64,000 nt of DNA from Escherichia coli (GCF_022846255.1 NZ_AP025682.1), one strand, 5' to 3'. Counted from the first letter of the stretch, positions 45,400 to 56,609 are shown. Notes: a model not told the origin generated them from the letters alone. Translations and numbers: made by a program.

Positions 45400-45937
45400 C
45401 ACCAGCACAGAGCGCGGATGGCTGATACCAACCAGTGGCGATCCGGATTATGACGAAGCGCTCGACAGGCTGTTAAGCCAGTGGATGCGTAACGTTTCCG
45501 GTCTGTCTGCCGGGATGGTTCGCCCGCGCTGGCAGAAAGAGCAGCCGCCACTGCTACCGGCTGAAACGAACTGGTGTGCGTTTGGGGTTATCGGATGGTC
45601 AGGTGATGACAGTCCGGCATTCACCAGACAGACTGATGATGGCTCTCAGCTCTGGCGGCATGAAACGATTGAGTGTATGGCTTCGTTTTATGGTCCGGCG
45701 GGGATGGTGTATGCGTCCCGGTTTCGTGACGGTATATCTGTACCGCAGAACAACGCAGCACTGAATGTGCTGGGGCTGTCTCTTGGCGATTACACAGGTC
45801 TGACTCCCTTCCCTGAACTTATTAATCAGCAATGGGTCCGCCGCTACGATATGACGGTGCGTCTGCGCCGGAAGGTTGTGCGCGAGTACGGTATTAAATC
45901 GCTGGTGGAAGCACCAGTCATCTTTTTCGGAGATTAA
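45329..45937 (+). CDS. hypothetical virion protein
   Basis: 202-aa ORF in the late block; start uncertain. Confidence 0.3.
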   Translation: MVPDSFRRIVSCCRLMGEFRLSNNTSTERGWLIPTSGDPDYDEALDRLLSQWMRNVSGLSAGMVRPRWQKEQPPLLPAETNWCAFGVIGWSGDDSPAFTRQTDDGSQLWRHETIECMASFYGPAGMVYASRFRDGISVPQNNAALNVLGLSLGDYTGLTPFPELINQQWVRRYDMTVRLRRKVVREYGIKSLVEAPVIFFGD

Positions 45938-45940
45938 GCT

Positions 45941-47086
45941 ATGGCACAGGGCTTGCCTGTATCAAACGTTGTTAATGTTGATGTGATCATGTCGCCACGT
46001 GCAGCATCAGGGCGAAATTTTGGTGCATTACTCATTCTCGGCCCGTCCACAATCATTCCGGTAAGTGAGCGCATTCGCCGTTATTCTGCCGCGGAAGATA
46101 TTGGAAAAGATTTTGGCGTGGAATCACCAGAATATAAGGCTGCGCAGGTGTTTTTCTCTCAATCACCGAAACCTCAGGAGGTTTTTGTTGGTCGTTGGGT
46201 GAAAACGAAGGGAGACAGCGAACAGGCCACGCCTGAGACGCTGGAGCAGGCTGTGAATGCCATGCTCGATTATACTTCATGGTATGGGCTGGGGATTGCA
46301 GACGATGCAGATATTCCGGATGCAGACTGGCTGAAAGTGGCTGCGGCGATCGAATCCTCTTCTGTAAGCCGTATTCTGGCGATTACGACAAGCGATGAGA
46401 AATGCCTGCAGACTGCATCCAGCGATGATTTGGCATCAAAACTGAAAACCGCCGGATATTCACGCAGTTTTATTCAGTATTCATCGGGTAATAAATACGC
46501 TGCGTTATCTGCATTTGGCCGGGCATTCACGGTTAATTTCAATGGCAGTAATACCGCGATTACGCTCAAGTTTAAGCAGGAGCCGGGCGTCGGGTATGAA
46601 ACACTGACAGTCAGCCAGGCATCGGCACTTGATGCAAAAAACTGCAATGTATTCGTGTACTACCAGAATGATACGGCTATCCTCCAGCAGGGAGTGATGG
46701 CTAACGGCGATTTCTTTGATGAACGCCACGGCCTGGACTGGTTACAGAATTATGTGCAGACCAACCTCTATAACCTGCTTTATACCAGCGCCACGAAAGT
46801 ACCCCAGACTGAAGCCGGTATTACCAGACTGTTATCAAGTGTTGAAAAATCACTGGATCAGGCCGTTCAGAATGGACTGATTGCTCCGGGCGTATGGAAC
46901 GGTGGCGACCTGGGTCAGTTGTCATCAGGTGACACGCTGCCCAAAGGTTATTACGTATACGCCCAGCCACTGGATGAACAGGCACAATCAGAACGTGAAG
47001 CCCGTAAGGCTCCGGTGATTCAGGCTGCAATAAAACTTGCAGGCGCGGTTCATTACGCTGACGTACAGATTAACGTTGTTCGCTAA
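45941..47086 (+). CDS. tail sheath-like protein (putative)
   Basis: 381 aa; position before the tube and tape-measure genes. Confidence 0.4.
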   Translation: MAQGLPVSNVVNVDVIMSPRAASGRNFGALLILGPSTIIPVSERIRRYSAAEDIGKDFGVESPEYKAAQVFFSQSPKPQEVFVGRWVKTKGDSEQATPETLEQAVNAMLDYTSWYGLGIADDADIPDADWLKVAAAIESSSVSRILAITTSDEKCLQTASSDDLASKLKTAGYSRSFIQYSSGNKYAALSAFGRAFTVNFNGSNTAITLKFKQEPGVGYETLTVSQASALDAKNCNVFVYYQNDTAILQQGVMANGDFFDERHGLDWLQNYVQTNLYNLLYTSATKVPQTEAGITRLLSSVEKSLDQAVQNGLIAPGVWNGGDLGQLSSGDTLPKGYYVYAQPLDEQAQSEREARKAPVIQAAIKLAGAVHYADVQINVVR

Positions 47087-47096
47087 GGGGAAGTGA

Positions 47097-47537
47097 ATGT
47101 CTACCTATTCTTTTATGGATGTCACTGCGACGCTGACCGGGCCGACCGGTTCGATTGACCTCGGGTACGGTTCGGCAAGTTCTGAAGAGGGGATTGTGGT
47201 TGCGATGGGCGGTCCTAAAAACACCATGACCATCGGTGCTGATGGCGAAGTGATGCACAGTCTCCATGCAGATAAAAGCGGGACGATTACCGTTAACCTT
47301 CTGAAGACATCACCGACAAATAAAAAATTGTCGCTGGCGTATAACGCACAGAGCCAGTCTTCTGCCACATGGGGGAATAACGTTATCGTGATCCGCAACA
47401 AGGTCAGCGGCGACATCATCACGGCACGCAGTGTTGCGTTCCAGAAACAACCGGATAACGCCAACGCTAAAACCGGTAATACGATGCCGTGGGTGTTTGA
47501 CTGCGGCAAGATTGACCAGGTTCTCGGGGAGTTTTAA
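47097..47537 (+). CDS. tail tube protein (putative)
   Basis: 146 aa; position. Confidence 0.4.
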   Translation: MSTYSFMDVTATLTGPTGSIDLGYGSASSEEGIVVAMGGPKNTMTIGADGEVMHSLHADKSGTITVNLLKTSPTNKKLSLAYNAQSQSSATWGNNVIVIRNKVSGDIITARSVAFQKQPDNANAKTGNTMPWVFDCGKIDQVLGEF

Positions 47538-47540
47538 TAC

Positions 47541-47993
47541 ATGGAATTCGAAATCAAAGGCGTGAAATATCGCGTGGTAAAACTCAGCGTTTTTGACCAA
47601 CTGAAAGTGACCCGCAAACTTCTGCCGGTGCTGGCAGGAATGATGTCAGATTTCGGGAGCATTCGCTCCCGTTTGCCTGCTGATGGCAAAATCGACACCG
47701 TGAAATTCGAGCAGTTAAAACCGGTGTTTGAAACCATGCTCCCGCGTATCGCTGAGGAACTGTCTTCCCTGACCGAAGATGACACCAGTGCGATTATTCA
47801 TCCCTGTCTTGCGGTGGTATCGCGGCGTCATATGGACGGATGGGTTCCGGTATTTACCCAGGGCGAACTGATGTTTGATGATATTGACTTGCTGGTCATG
47901 CTGCAGCTGGTGGCGCGGGTGGTCGCCGATTCGCTGGGAAATTTTTTGCCTACACCCCTTACCAGCACGACGCAGAGCCTGCAACAGGGCTGA
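47541..47993 (+). CDS. tail assembly chaperone (putative)
   Basis: 150 aa; position before the tape-measure gene. Confidence 0.35.
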   Translation: MEFEIKGVKYRVVKLSVFDQLKVTRKLLPVLAGMMSDFGSIRSRLPADGKIDTVKFEQLKPVFETMLPRIAEELSSLTEDDTSAIIHPCLAVVSRRHMDGWVPVFTQGELMFDDIDLLVMLQLVARVVADSLGNFLPTPLTSTTQSLQQG

Positions 47994-48149
47994 CGTTTAA
48001 CAGCCTGCCGGACGGGCTGTCCTACCTTCTCAATCCGGTTGACGCCGGGTTAATTCCTTATACAGCACTTAAAGATGGCTCTGTCGATTTGTACGATATT
48101 GCTCTTTTGAATGACCATCTGGCGGTAAAAGCGGATAACCAGCGGCGCA

Positions 48150-50159
48150 TTGAGAAATGGAGAGAGGATAATGAACGCTGAAACTATTAAAGATTTCCTC
48201 GTCTCGCTTGGCTTCAGTGTGGATGATGCAGGAGCGAAAAAGTTCGGTTCTGTCCTCGCCGGTACAACTGCAAATGTCATCAAAATGGGGCTGGCCGTTG
48301 AAGGAGCCGCGCTGTCCGTGGTGGCCTTCACGGCTAAGATCGCCTCCGGTCTGGATAATCTTTACTGGGCGTCACAGCGCACTGGAGCGACAGTCCAGGG
48401 AATTCAGTCTATTGGCTATGCGGTTTCGCAGGTTGGCGGCAGCGTGGACGCTGCGCGATCTTCTCTGGAAAGCCTCTCCCGGTTTATTCGTAATAATCCC
48501 GGTGCAGAGGGATTTCTGAATCGCCTGGGGGTACAGACACGGGATGCCAGCGGTAACATGCGTGACATGGCCGCTATTTTTACAGGTGTAGGCCAGAAGC
48601 TCAGCGGCATGCCGTATTACCGGGCTAACCAGTATGCGCAGATGCTGGGCATTGACGAAAATACCCTTATGGCGATGCGTCGGGGTGTGGGTGGTTTCTC
48701 CGGGCAGTACAGCGCAATGGCGAAAGCTATCGGCTTCAATGCTGACGAGGCGGCCAGAAGCTCCAACAAATTTATGACCTCCCTGCGTGAGTTTAGCGCG
48801 ATGGCAGGCATGGCCCGTGACAAAATCGGCTCTAATCTTGCGGGTGGACTTGCGGGGTCGCTGGACACCCTGCGCCGCCATATCCTGGACAACTTCCCGC
48901 GCATCGAGCAGACTCTGACGAAAGCCATAAAAGGCATTCTGGCGCTCGGGGATATTATCGGGCGGCTGTTCTTCAGACTGATTGAGGGGACATCAGGCCT
49001 TATCACCTGGTGGCAATCGCTGGATAAGCAAACGCGGGAGTTGATCTCGCTGTTTGGCGCACTGACGATTGCGCTGCGCATTCTGAACAGTACGTTCTGG
49101 ATGTCGCCGATTGGCCTCATTACCGCGCTGGCGGCGGGGATTGCCCTCCTGTGGGAGGACTATCAGACCTGGAAGGAAGGCGGCGACAGCCTGATTGACT
49201 GGGGCAAGTGGAAACCGGAGGTCGATGCCGCGCTGAAGATGGTTCGTGACCTTAAAACGACCGTTAACGACCTGGCGAAAGCGCTGGCGAAACTACTCAA
49301 TATTGACCCCAAATCATGGTCCCTGAAGTGGGATTTCAGCAACTTCATCGACCAGATGGGCGAATTCAGCAAAATGCTGAACATGATCGCCGACCTGCTC
49401 AACGCTATCAAAGATGGCCGCTGGGCTGATGCCGTCAGCATCGGCAAACAGATACTTAATCAGGGCAGCGAAAATCCGTCAGCGATGCCGATGGTTACAG
49501 ACAGCGCTAACAGTACTGCCGACTGGATTAAAGAGCACTGGGGATTCGATCCCCGCAGTGTGGGCCGAACGGTACGCGGCTGGTTTGGTGATGATGAGCC
49601 GGAACAACATGCACAGGCTACGAAACGAGGAGAACGGAATAACAATCCGGGAAACCTTAATTTTGCTGGTCAGGCGGGGGCTTCTCTTGAACGCCCGGGC
49701 GGGCGATTTGCCAGATTCGAAACTGCCTTTGATGGATTACGGGCTCTTGCTCGTCAGTTAATGTTGTACGCCGGACGTGGAATAAACAGCGTGGAGAAAA
49801 TTATCTCTACCTGGGCGCCTGCGTCTGATAATAACAACACAACTGCGTATATCAGGGCTGTATCGCAACGACTGGGAGTGGATCCCCGGGCTGCCCTGAA
49901 TATGAGCGATCCGCAAACCATGTCAGCATTGATGAGCAGCATTATCCAGCATGAAAATGGAAGAAATATCTATTCTCAAGAGCTGATTAATAAGGCTGCC
50001 GTGGCGGGAATTAGTGGCAAAGTGACAGAGGTTAACCAGCAAAATACCTACCACATTTACGGTGGCGGAGATCCGCACGTTGTCGGTAATGAGGTTGCAC
50101 GTCGGCAACAGTCTGCAAATGCTCAGGTCATGCGAAGTAATCAGGTGAGGGTGAGTTAG
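48150..50159 (+). CDS. tail tape-measure protein
   Basis: 669 aa, helical with hydrophobic segments; largest tail-module gene. Confidence 0.6.
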   Translation: MRNGERIMNAETIKDFLVSLGFSVDDAGAKKFGSVLAGTTANVIKMGLAVEGAALSVVAFTAKIASGLDNLYWASQRTGATVQGIQSIGYAVSQVGGSVDAARSSLESLSRFIRNNPGAEGFLNRLGVQTRDASGNMRDMAAIFTGVGQKLSGMPYYRANQYAQMLGIDENTLMAMRRGVGGFSGQYSAMAKAIGFNADEAARSSNKFMTSLREFSAMAGMARDKIGSNLAGGLAGSLDTLRRHILDNFPRIEQTLTKAIKGILALGDIIGRLFFRLIEGTSGLITWWQSLDKQTRELISLFGALTIALRILNSTFWMSPIGLITALAAGIALLWEDYQTWKEGGDSLIDWGKWKPEVDAALKMVRDLKTTVNDLAKALAKLLNIDPKSWSLKWDFSNFIDQMGEFSKMLNMIADLLNAIKDGRWADAVSIGKQILNQGSENPSAMPMVTDSANSTADWIKEHWGFDPRSVGRTVRGWFGDDEPEQHAQATKRGERNNNPGNLNFAGQAGASLERPGGRFARFETAFDGLRALARQLMLYAGRGINSVEKIISTWAPASDNNNTTAYIRAVSQRLGVDPRAALNMSDPQTMSALMSSIIQHENGRNIYSQELINKAAVAGISGKVTEVNQQNTYHIYGGGDPHVVGNEVARRQQSANAQVMRSNQVRVS

Positions 50160-50746
50160 TGGATATTCTCTCTACACTTTTTCATCAGCAGAGCAGAAAA
50201 ATAGGAATGATTGTTCCCAGTGTTGTTATTTCAGAGAAGCATACAGATATGCTTGAAATAACCGAGCATCCGGTAGAAGTCGGGGCCGCTGTCGCTGATC
50301 ATGCCTATAAAAAACCGTCAGAAGTGGTGATGGAGGTTGGTTTCGCCGGTGGCGGCGCATTGCTGGATTTTGCCAGTAATCTGACGGCTACCAGCCTGCT
50401 CGGCCTGAGTCCTCAGCAGACGTATCAGGAGCTACTGGATCTGCAGGAAAGCCGTATCCCCTTCGATGTGGTAACCGGTAAACGACTGTACAGCAACATG
50501 TTGATCCGGGCGCTGGAAGTGACGACGGACAAGACAACCGAAAACGTCCTGTCCGCCGTTCTTACCCTGAGGGAGGTCCTTATCTCCCGGACACAGCAGA
50601 TTACCGTCGCGGATAAAACCAATATGAAGGAAGGGGCCAGCACCTCGGCGGTACAGAACAGCGGCAACAAAACCACAAAACCTCCAGATACTTCACTGCT
50701 GAAAAGCATCACGGGTAACGTGGCGTCATTACTGGGGGGCGGCTAA
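50159..50746 (+). CDS. tail/baseplate assembly protein (putative)
   Basis: 195 aa; start overlaps the tape-measure stop. Confidence 0.4.
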   Translation: MDILSTLFHQQSRKIGMIVPSVVISEKHTDMLEITEHPVEVGAAVADHAYKKPSEVVMEVGFAGGGALLDFASNLTATSLLGLSPQQTYQELLDLQESRIPFDVVTGKRLYSNMLIRALEVTTDKTTENVLSAVLTLREVLISRTQQITVADKTNMKEGASTSAVQNSGNKTTKPPDTSLLKSITGNVASLLGGG

Positions 50747-51048
50747 TGACAATTCAGGAAATTCCGCTGACAGCGGACAACCAGCAGTTCAGCATCGTCC
50801 TGGGTGGTGTCACCTGGCGGATTAGCATCATATGGCGCGATCTTTACTGGATTATGGACCTGCTGAATGACAGAGGGGAGCCGGTAATCTCCGGTATTCC
50901 TCTCGTCACTGGCGCTGATCTGCTGGCGCAGTACGCCTGTATGGGACTTGGTTTTAAGCTGTTGGTGGTCTGCGATGACAACACACAGGATTATCCCACG
51001 AAAACTGACTTGGGCGGGCGCAGTCATTTACTGGTATTAACGGAGTAA
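50746..51048 (+). CDS. tail protein (putative)
   Basis: 100 aa; coupled. Confidence 0.35.
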   Translation: MTIQEIPLTADNQQFSIVLGGVTWRISIIWRDLYWIMDLLNDRGEPVISGIPLVTGADLLAQYACMGLGFKLLVVCDDNTQDYPTKTDLGGRSHLLVLTE

Positions 51049-51050
51049 GC

Positions 51051-52112
51051 ATGTCACAGAACTGGATGAGACATTTCGAGCTGCAGCTTGTGGACGGGAA
51101 CGGTCAGGGAATTGAGCTAAGTGATTTCAAAGTCACCTTTACGATCGACTGGTTCAACATCAGCAGCGCGTCCCGGGTAGGGACTATCAAAATTTATAAC
51201 CTTTCGGCAGATACTGTGAACCGAATTACCGGGCAGGAGTTTTCGAAAGTGCGTCTGATTGCGGGTTACGACGGTATCGCGCCGGAGGTGTCGGCAAGCG
51301 ACGTCGGGACAGTGCGGGAAGTTGACGCGGCGGACGTGGGCCAGAGTGATGGTCGCAACTACGGACTGATTTTCAGCGGTGAAATTCGCTACTCGGTCAC
51401 AGGAAAAGACAGTCCGGTTGATTCCTACGTCCTGATTCAGGCAGCAGATACTGATCTGGCTTTTGCCACCAGTATAACCTCACAGACGCTGGCTGCCGGT
51501 TACACGGTCGCTGATGTGAACCGTGCGCTGATGAAAGACTTCGAAGCCAAAGGTGTGACCGAAGGCCTGACGCCTGAAATGCCTGCTACTGTATTCCCCC
51601 GGGGGCGGGTGCTCTTTGGCATGACGCGGCATCTAATGGATAACGTAGCCGGGCAATGTGGCGCAACATGGCAATTCGTGGACGGTCAGCGCCAGATGGT
51701 GGCGACTAATGAATATGTTCACGAAGCGATTGTGCTCAACAGTGCTACCGGGCTTATTGGCATGCCGCAGCAGACCATCGGCAACGGCGTAAACGTCCGC
51801 GCTCTTATTAATCCGAACATCCGGGTTAACGGGCTCATTCAGCTGGATCAGGCTTCCGTCTATCGTACCGCGTTGTCGAACAACGATATTGCGATGGCTG
51901 GTGGTCAGATCACCGACCAGAACACGGACGGAAATATCACGCTCAGCGGCACCACATCGCAGCCTGCCAGCATCGCAACGGATGGAGTTTATATTGTGCG
52001 CGGGATTATGTACAGTGGCGATACAAGGGGCCAGGCGTGGTACATGGATATGATGTGCGAAGCGCGTGGCGCGGCGGATCTGTATACGCAATCGGCTTTG
52101 CAAAGGGGATGA
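51051..52112 (+). CDS. baseplate/tail protein (putative)
   Basis: 353 aa; position. Confidence 0.4.
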   Translation: MSQNWMRHFELQLVDGNGQGIELSDFKVTFTIDWFNISSASRVGTIKIYNLSADTVNRITGQEFSKVRLIAGYDGIAPEVSASDVGTVREVDAADVGQSDGRNYGLIFSGEIRYSVTGKDSPVDSYVLIQAADTDLAFATSITSQTLAAGYTVADVNRALMKDFEAKGVTEGLTPEMPATVFPRGRVLFGMTRHLMDNVAGQCGATWQFVDGQRQMVATNEYVHEAIVLNSATGLIGMPQQTIGNGVNVRALINPNIRVNGLIQLDQASVYRTALSNNDIAMAGGQITDQNTDGNITLSGTTSQPASIATDGVYIVRGIMYSGDTRGQAWYMDMMCEARGAADLYTQSALQRG

Positions 52113-52115
52113 GCA

Positions 52116-52457
52116 ATGAGGGGTATTATTTTTCTGTTAGCTGTCTTTTCTGCGTGCAGCGCGTGGGCGGATGGCTTCACGGTTAAATGCGGTGGCTACA
52201 CTATGGTTGCAAACCAGGGCGAGTTATCGACAATCAACGGTGAAAGAGTTACCTCTCAAAAAATCACCGAACTGGGTACCAATGGTTTGAAAGTAGACAT
52301 GGGGCTTATGCCTGCCAAAGACGGTAACAACTACGGCTTTGAATACATTCGTCGCCCTGGTACCGAAACGCGATTCCTGAATGTCCAACTGCTGCAGAAC
52401 AGCATGGATGCGCCGAAAATCATCGGTTCCTTTCCATGCAAAAAGATTGTTGATTAA
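52116..52457 (+). CDS. secreted small protein / possible lipoprotein (cargo)
   Basis: 113 aa; N-terminal signal sequence MRGIIFLLAVFSACSAWA; inserted between baseplate genes. Confidence 0.45.
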   Translation: MRGIIFLLAVFSACSAWADGFTVKCGGYTMVANQGELSTINGERVTSQKITELGTNGLKVDMGLMPAKDGNNYGFEYIRRPGTETRFLNVQLLQNSMDAPKIIGSFPCKKIVD

Positions 52458-52474
52458 TCACTCGTAATTATAAT
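52447..52474 (+). promoter_or_regulatory. candidate sigma-70 promoter for the 79-aa membrane-protein gene
   Basis: TTGTTG, 16 bp, perfect TATAAT; about 37 bp upstream of the ATG at 52511. Confidence 0.45.
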
Positions 52475-52510
52475 GTGGTACTTCTACTTTCACGATAAGG
52501 AATTTGTCGC

Positions 52511-52750
52511 ATGTTCGGATTTGATAAATTAATAACTCCAAAAATCATCAACGTTCTGTATGGCATCACAATGTTACTTCTGGTTGTTGCCGCCATTATA
52601 ACGTTTGTTAATGGGAAGGCTGCTGGCGCTTTAGTGCTTTTGTTATGTGCTGTATTTTGCCGAATATTCTTTGAGTGCATCATGGTTTCATTTAAAAACA
52701 ATGAGTATCTTCGCCGAATAGCTGAAGCGTTAGAAGCAAACAAGCAGTAA
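52511..52750 (+). CDS. small two-helix membrane protein (cargo cassette)
   Basis: 79 aa with two hydrophobic helices; own promoter and terminator; AT-rich. Confidence 0.5.
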   Translation: MFGFDKLITPKIINVLYGITMLLLVVAAIITFVNGKAAGALVLLLCAVFCRIFFECIMVSFKNNEYLRRIAEALEANKQ

Positions 52751-52766
52751 TGAAACTTCAATAATG

Positions 52767-52790
52767 AACCCGCCACCCGGCGGGTTTTTT
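52767..52790 (+). terminator. rho-independent terminator after the membrane-protein gene
   Basis: CCCGCC / GGCGGG stem with loop ACCC followed by T6. Confidence 0.65.
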
Positions 52791-52809
52791 GCTTTCTGGA
52801 GCCTACTAA

Positions 52810-53562
52810 ATGGCAGTATCTGACCAGACCCGCAGCGGCGACCTTGCCGAAACATTCAAATCTGAACGGGAAACAACAAAGAACCAGATCCGTGTCGCCT
52901 TGCCTGGCATTGTTCAGTCATTCGATCCCGACGCGGTGACGGCGGTTGTGCAGCCAGCTATCCGTTCGGTTGAAAAGGATAACGACGGTAACCGCATTAC
53001 CAAAAATTACCCGTTGCTGGTGGATGTGCCAGTGGTATTTCCGCGCGGCGGAGGCTGTACGTTGACTTTTCCGGTTAAAGCCGGGGATGAGTGTCTTGTC
53101 GTTTTTGCCGATCGTTGTATTGATTTCTGGTGGCAGAGCGGTGGGATACAGGAGCCGGTCGATGACAGAATGCATGATTTATCGGATGCGTTTTGTATTG
53201 CCGGTCCCCAGTCGCAGGCGAGGAAGATTAGCGGTATTAATACCAGTGCCACACAGTTGCGTAGTGACGACGGCAGCACCTATTTTGAGCTTAATCCTGA
53301 TACCCGGAAAATTAAAATTGTCGCCCCGGGTGGTCTTGATGTGGTTGCCCCTCTGGCTGATTTTTCTGAGAAAGTAACCATTCATGGCCTATTAACCTGG
53401 ATGGGGGGCATGGTGGGGTCTGTTGTTTCTGGTGTGGCTTCAAAAATCACTGGTGCTGTTGAGTTCTTGGGGAGCGTTAAGGCTAACGGCAAGCCAATCG
53501 ATGATACGCACACTCATGGCGGTGTTCAGCGCGGTGGAAGCAATACCGATGGGGTAAACTGA
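52810..53562 (+). CDS. baseplate central spike protein (gpV-like)
   Basis: 250 aa; C-terminal HTHGGVQRGG motif typical of V-type spikes. Confidence 0.55.
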   Translation: MAVSDQTRSGDLAETFKSERETTKNQIRVALPGIVQSFDPDAVTAVVQPAIRSVEKDNDGNRITKNYPLLVDVPVVFPRGGGCTLTFPVKAGDECLVVFADRCIDFWWQSGGIQEPVDDRMHDLSDAFCIAGPQSQARKISGINTSATQLRSDDGSTYFELNPDTRKIKIVAPGGLDVVAPLADFSEKVTIHGLLTWMGGMVGSVVSGVASKITGAVEFLGSVKANGKPIDDTHTHGGVQRGGSNTDGVN

Positions 53563-53915
53563 TGCGATACAGACGTGAAGACGCCGATGGCGATTACACC
53601 TTTGGCAGCGGTGATGACACCTGGCTGATTAACTCACCGGAGGCCGTGGCGCAGGCGGTAAAAACGCGATTCGAATTGTGGTATGGGCAATGGTTTCTCG
53701 ACACCACCGAGGGGACTCCGTGGATCCAGTCCGTGCTGGGCAGGCAAAAACCGGAAACTTACAACCTGGCGATCAGAAAACGCATTCTGGAAACGCGGGG
53801 CGTTAAATCAATCCTCTCTTTCAATACGACGGTGGATACCACGACCCGACGTGTCATGTTTTCCGCTGAAATCGACACTCTCTATGGAATAACGACTGTT
53901 ACATCGGAGGCGTAA
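53562..53915 (+). CDS. baseplate protein (gpW / Mu gp46-like)
   Basis: 117 aa; coupled between spike and J-like genes. Confidence 0.45.
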   Translation: MRYRREDADGDYTFGSGDDTWLINSPEAVAQAVKTRFELWYGQWFLDTTEGTPWIQSVLGRQKPETYNLAIRKRILETRGVKSILSFNTTVDTTTRRVMFSAEIDTLYGITTVTSEA

Positions 53916-55114
53916 TGGCTCTGAACCTTGATTCTCTCGGTTTATCTGCAAAGGTAACCGCGGAGGGGATCAGTGCGCCTGATTATCAGACGATACTCAG
54001 CACCCTGATTAGCTATTTTCAGCAGATTTATGGCAGTGATGCCTACCTCGAACCGGACAGCAAAGACGGCCAGATGGTGGCTCTGACGGCGCTGGCGATT
54101 CATGATGCCAATAATATGGCGATAACTGTCTACAACTGTTTTTCACCGGCAACCGGCTATGGGGCTGCACTGACCAGTAACGTGAAAATAAATGGTATTT
54201 CACGTAAAGGCGCGACGAACTCTACGGTTGATTTGCTTCTTACAGGAACTGCCGGAACAACCATCATTAATGGCAGCGTGAAAGACAGTAATAATGTGAT
54301 ATGGCGTTTGCCTGCTTCAGTGGTGGTCGGCGTGGATGGTACAGTGATGGCGACCGCAACATGTTCCGTCAGTGGTGCAGTGGCGGCGCTGGCTGGAACT
54401 ATCACTGAAATTAATACGCCAACCCGTGGCTGGGTTTCGGTAACTAATCCTGCTGCGGCTACTGTTGGCTCTCCGGCAGAAACTGATGCTGAGTTACGTA
54501 TCCGCCAGTCGCAAAGTGTTGCGTTGCCATCAATAACCCCATTTGAAGCACTGGATGGTGCTGTTTCTAATGTTACCGGTGTAACCCGCCACAAACTCTA
54601 TGAAAACGATACTGGTTCGGAGGACGGTAACGGGTTACCGCCACACTCTGTTGCTGTAATTGTGGATGGCGGTGATGTGACGGATATTGCTCAGGCTATC
54701 AGAGGGAATAAAGGCCAGGGGACAGCCACTCACGGTACAACATCCGTTACGGTTCCGGATAAATACGGCAATCCCCATGTAATCAAATTCTCGCGTTCCA
54801 GTGATGTGCCTGTTTATGCCCGGATTAAATTAAAAGTTTTTACGGGTTATACCTCACAGATAGGGCAGCAGATCCAGCAGGCTATTTCCGACTATATCAA
54901 TAGTTTGACGATTGGTGATTCGGTCCTTTTAAGTCGCATTTACTCACCGGCGAATCTTGGCGTGGTGAGTGGCGGGAATGCACGCTATTACGATATTCAG
55001 GAACTGACGATTGGGAAATCCCCGGGGGCTTTGTCGTCATCAAACATTGATATCAGATACAACGAATCTGCGTCCTGTACCCCGGAAAATATCGTTATAA
55101 CGGTGGAGTCATGA
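53915..55114 (+). CDS. baseplate J-like protein
   Basis: 399 aa; position and size. Confidence 0.55.
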   Translation: MALNLDSLGLSAKVTAEGISAPDYQTILSTLISYFQQIYGSDAYLEPDSKDGQMVALTALAIHDANNMAITVYNCFSPATGYGAALTSNVKINGISRKGATNSTVDLLLTGTAGTTIINGSVKDSNNVIWRLPASVVVGVDGTVMATATCSVSGAVAALAGTITEINTPTRGWVSVTNPAAATVGSPAETDAELRIRQSQSVALPSITPFEALDGAVSNVTGVTRHKLYENDTGSEDGNGLPPHSVAVIVDGGDVTDIAQAIRGNKGQGTATHGTTSVTVPDKYGNPHVIKFSRSSDVPVYARIKLKVFTGYTSQIGQQIQQAISDYINSLTIGDSVLLSRIYSPANLGVVSGGNARYYDIQELTIGKSPGALSSSNIDIRYNESASCTPENIVITVES

Positions 55115-55791
55115 GCAAATACACCGAACTAATCACGAACTACCACGCCACCAAACCTAAATTTCTTGCGCATGTTGATCTGATGACCCGGCCGCTTATT
55201 GATGCTGCGGCGGCCACCAGAGGGCTGATTACTGCATTTGATATTGACTCTGCGGTTGGTGTGCAACTTGACATTCTGGGATTGTGGATCGGACGTAGCC
55301 GTGTTGTCAGCCAGCCTATCTCAGGTGTCTATTTCAGCTGGGATACCGACGGGCTTGGATATGATCAGGGGGTATGGCAGGGACCATACGATCCTGATTC
55401 CGGATACATGTACCTCAGCGATGAAACTTATCGTGTCATTCTTAAAGCGAAGATTGCGATTAATAACTGGGATGGACGGAATGATTCGCTTCCGGCAATT
55501 CTTGACGCTGCAACAGCAGGATCCGGGCTGCGAATGCAGATAGTCGATAACCAGGACATGACGATATCGGTCTGGGTCTTTCCTGATACTGATATTTCAG
55601 ATGTATCGCGTGAGTTAATTGCGGCAATTAAACAGGGGTATCTCACAGTAAAAGCCGCCGGGGTATGGGCGGGTGGCATTGAAACACCTTCGGTGGAAAC
55701 CCCATCGGAAGGCTCAAAATTTTTTGGTTTTGATATGGATAACGAATTCATCAGTGGTTTTGATGTAGGAGCATGGGGAGTATTACTCTGA
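55111..55791 (+). CDS. baseplate/tail-fibre-associated protein (Mu gp48-like)
   Basis: 226 aa; between the J-like and fibre genes. Confidence 0.45.
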   Translation: MSKYTELITNYHATKPKFLAHVDLMTRPLIDAAAATRGLITAFDIDSAVGVQLDILGLWIGRSRVVSQPISGVYFSWDTDGLGYDQGVWQGPYDPDSGYMYLSDETYRVILKAKIAINNWDGRNDSLPAILDAATAGSGLRMQIVDNQDMTISVWVFPDTDISDVSRELIAAIKQGYLTVKAAGVWAGGIETPSVETPSEGSKFFGFDMDNEFISGFDVGAWGVLL

Positions 55792-56609
55792 TGGCGAAAA
55801 ATGACTTTAAAGCGTTTGCAACGGATCGAAATGCCAATGTTATATCGCAGGAGGAATGGGAAGCGTTGCCCGCGCTTGTATCCGGATTTACAGCAGGGAA
55901 AGCCTCCAGTGCGCAAGTCAATAAGGTTATTCGGCAGGCCAGCTTTATTGCTGCAGCTCTGGCCCAGTTTGTAAGTGATAAAACGCAACGGGATGTGCTT
56001 GATAATGGTGATCTGCCCGGTTTTGTTGAATTGCTGGGATCGGGGTTTGCTGTTGAATACCTGAGCCGCAAGAATCCGTTTGGTGATATCAAATCGGATG
56101 GCACGGTGAAAACGGCTCTCGAAAACCTTGGTTTGGGAGAAGGCTCTGCATTACCTGTTGGTGTGCCTGTTCCGTGGCCCTCCGCAACCCCGCCAACGGG
56201 CTGGCTGAAATGCAACGGCGCTGCCTTTGATAAGGTGAAATATTCCCATCTTGCTACAGCATATCCATCAGGGAAACTACCTGATCTCCGTGGTGAGTTT
56301 ATTCGTGGATGGGATGACGGGCGTGGTATTGATGCAGGACGTGCTTTATTGAGCATTCAGACTGGGATGCTGGAAAAACACCGCCATATTGTTGTTGCCA
56401 ACGATGGGTATGATTCAAAAGAGGAATGGGAACTGGCGACAATCTTCAGAAGAGCATATACGCAAGGCCGGGGGCTTGATGCTGCCGATGCCGGAGGAAC
56501 TCTGATTCCATCACCAACGCTACATACACGAGGGAGTATTGGTAACACAGGTGGGAGCGAAACCCGTCCACGAAATATTGCATTTAACTATATCGTGAGA
56601 GCTGCATAA
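55773..56609 (+). CDS. tail fibre protein (constant N-terminus plus invertible variable C-terminus)
   Basis: 278 aa; crossover site lies within codons 117-124 (ENLGLGEG). Confidence 0.7.
   Translation: MGSITLMAKNDFKAFATDRNANVISQEEWEALPALVSGFTAGKASSAQVNKVIRQASFIAAALAQFVSDKTQRDVLDNGDLPGFVELLGSGFAVEYLSRKNPFGDIKSDGTVKTALENLGLGEGSALPVGVPVPWPSATPPTGWLKCNGAAFDKVKYSHLATAYPSGKLPDLRGEFIRGWDDGRGIDAGRALLSIQTGMLEKHRHIVVANDGYDSKEEWELATIFRRAYTQGRGLDAADAGGTLIPSPTLHTRGSIGNTGGSETRPRNIAFNYIVRAA
56128..56142. repeat. left crossover site of the invertible segment (gix/hix-like)
   Basis: TTGGTTTGGGAGAAG, inverted repeat of 58069..58083; contains the AAACC-TT-GGTTT core typical of Gin/Hin sites. Confidence 0.6.
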
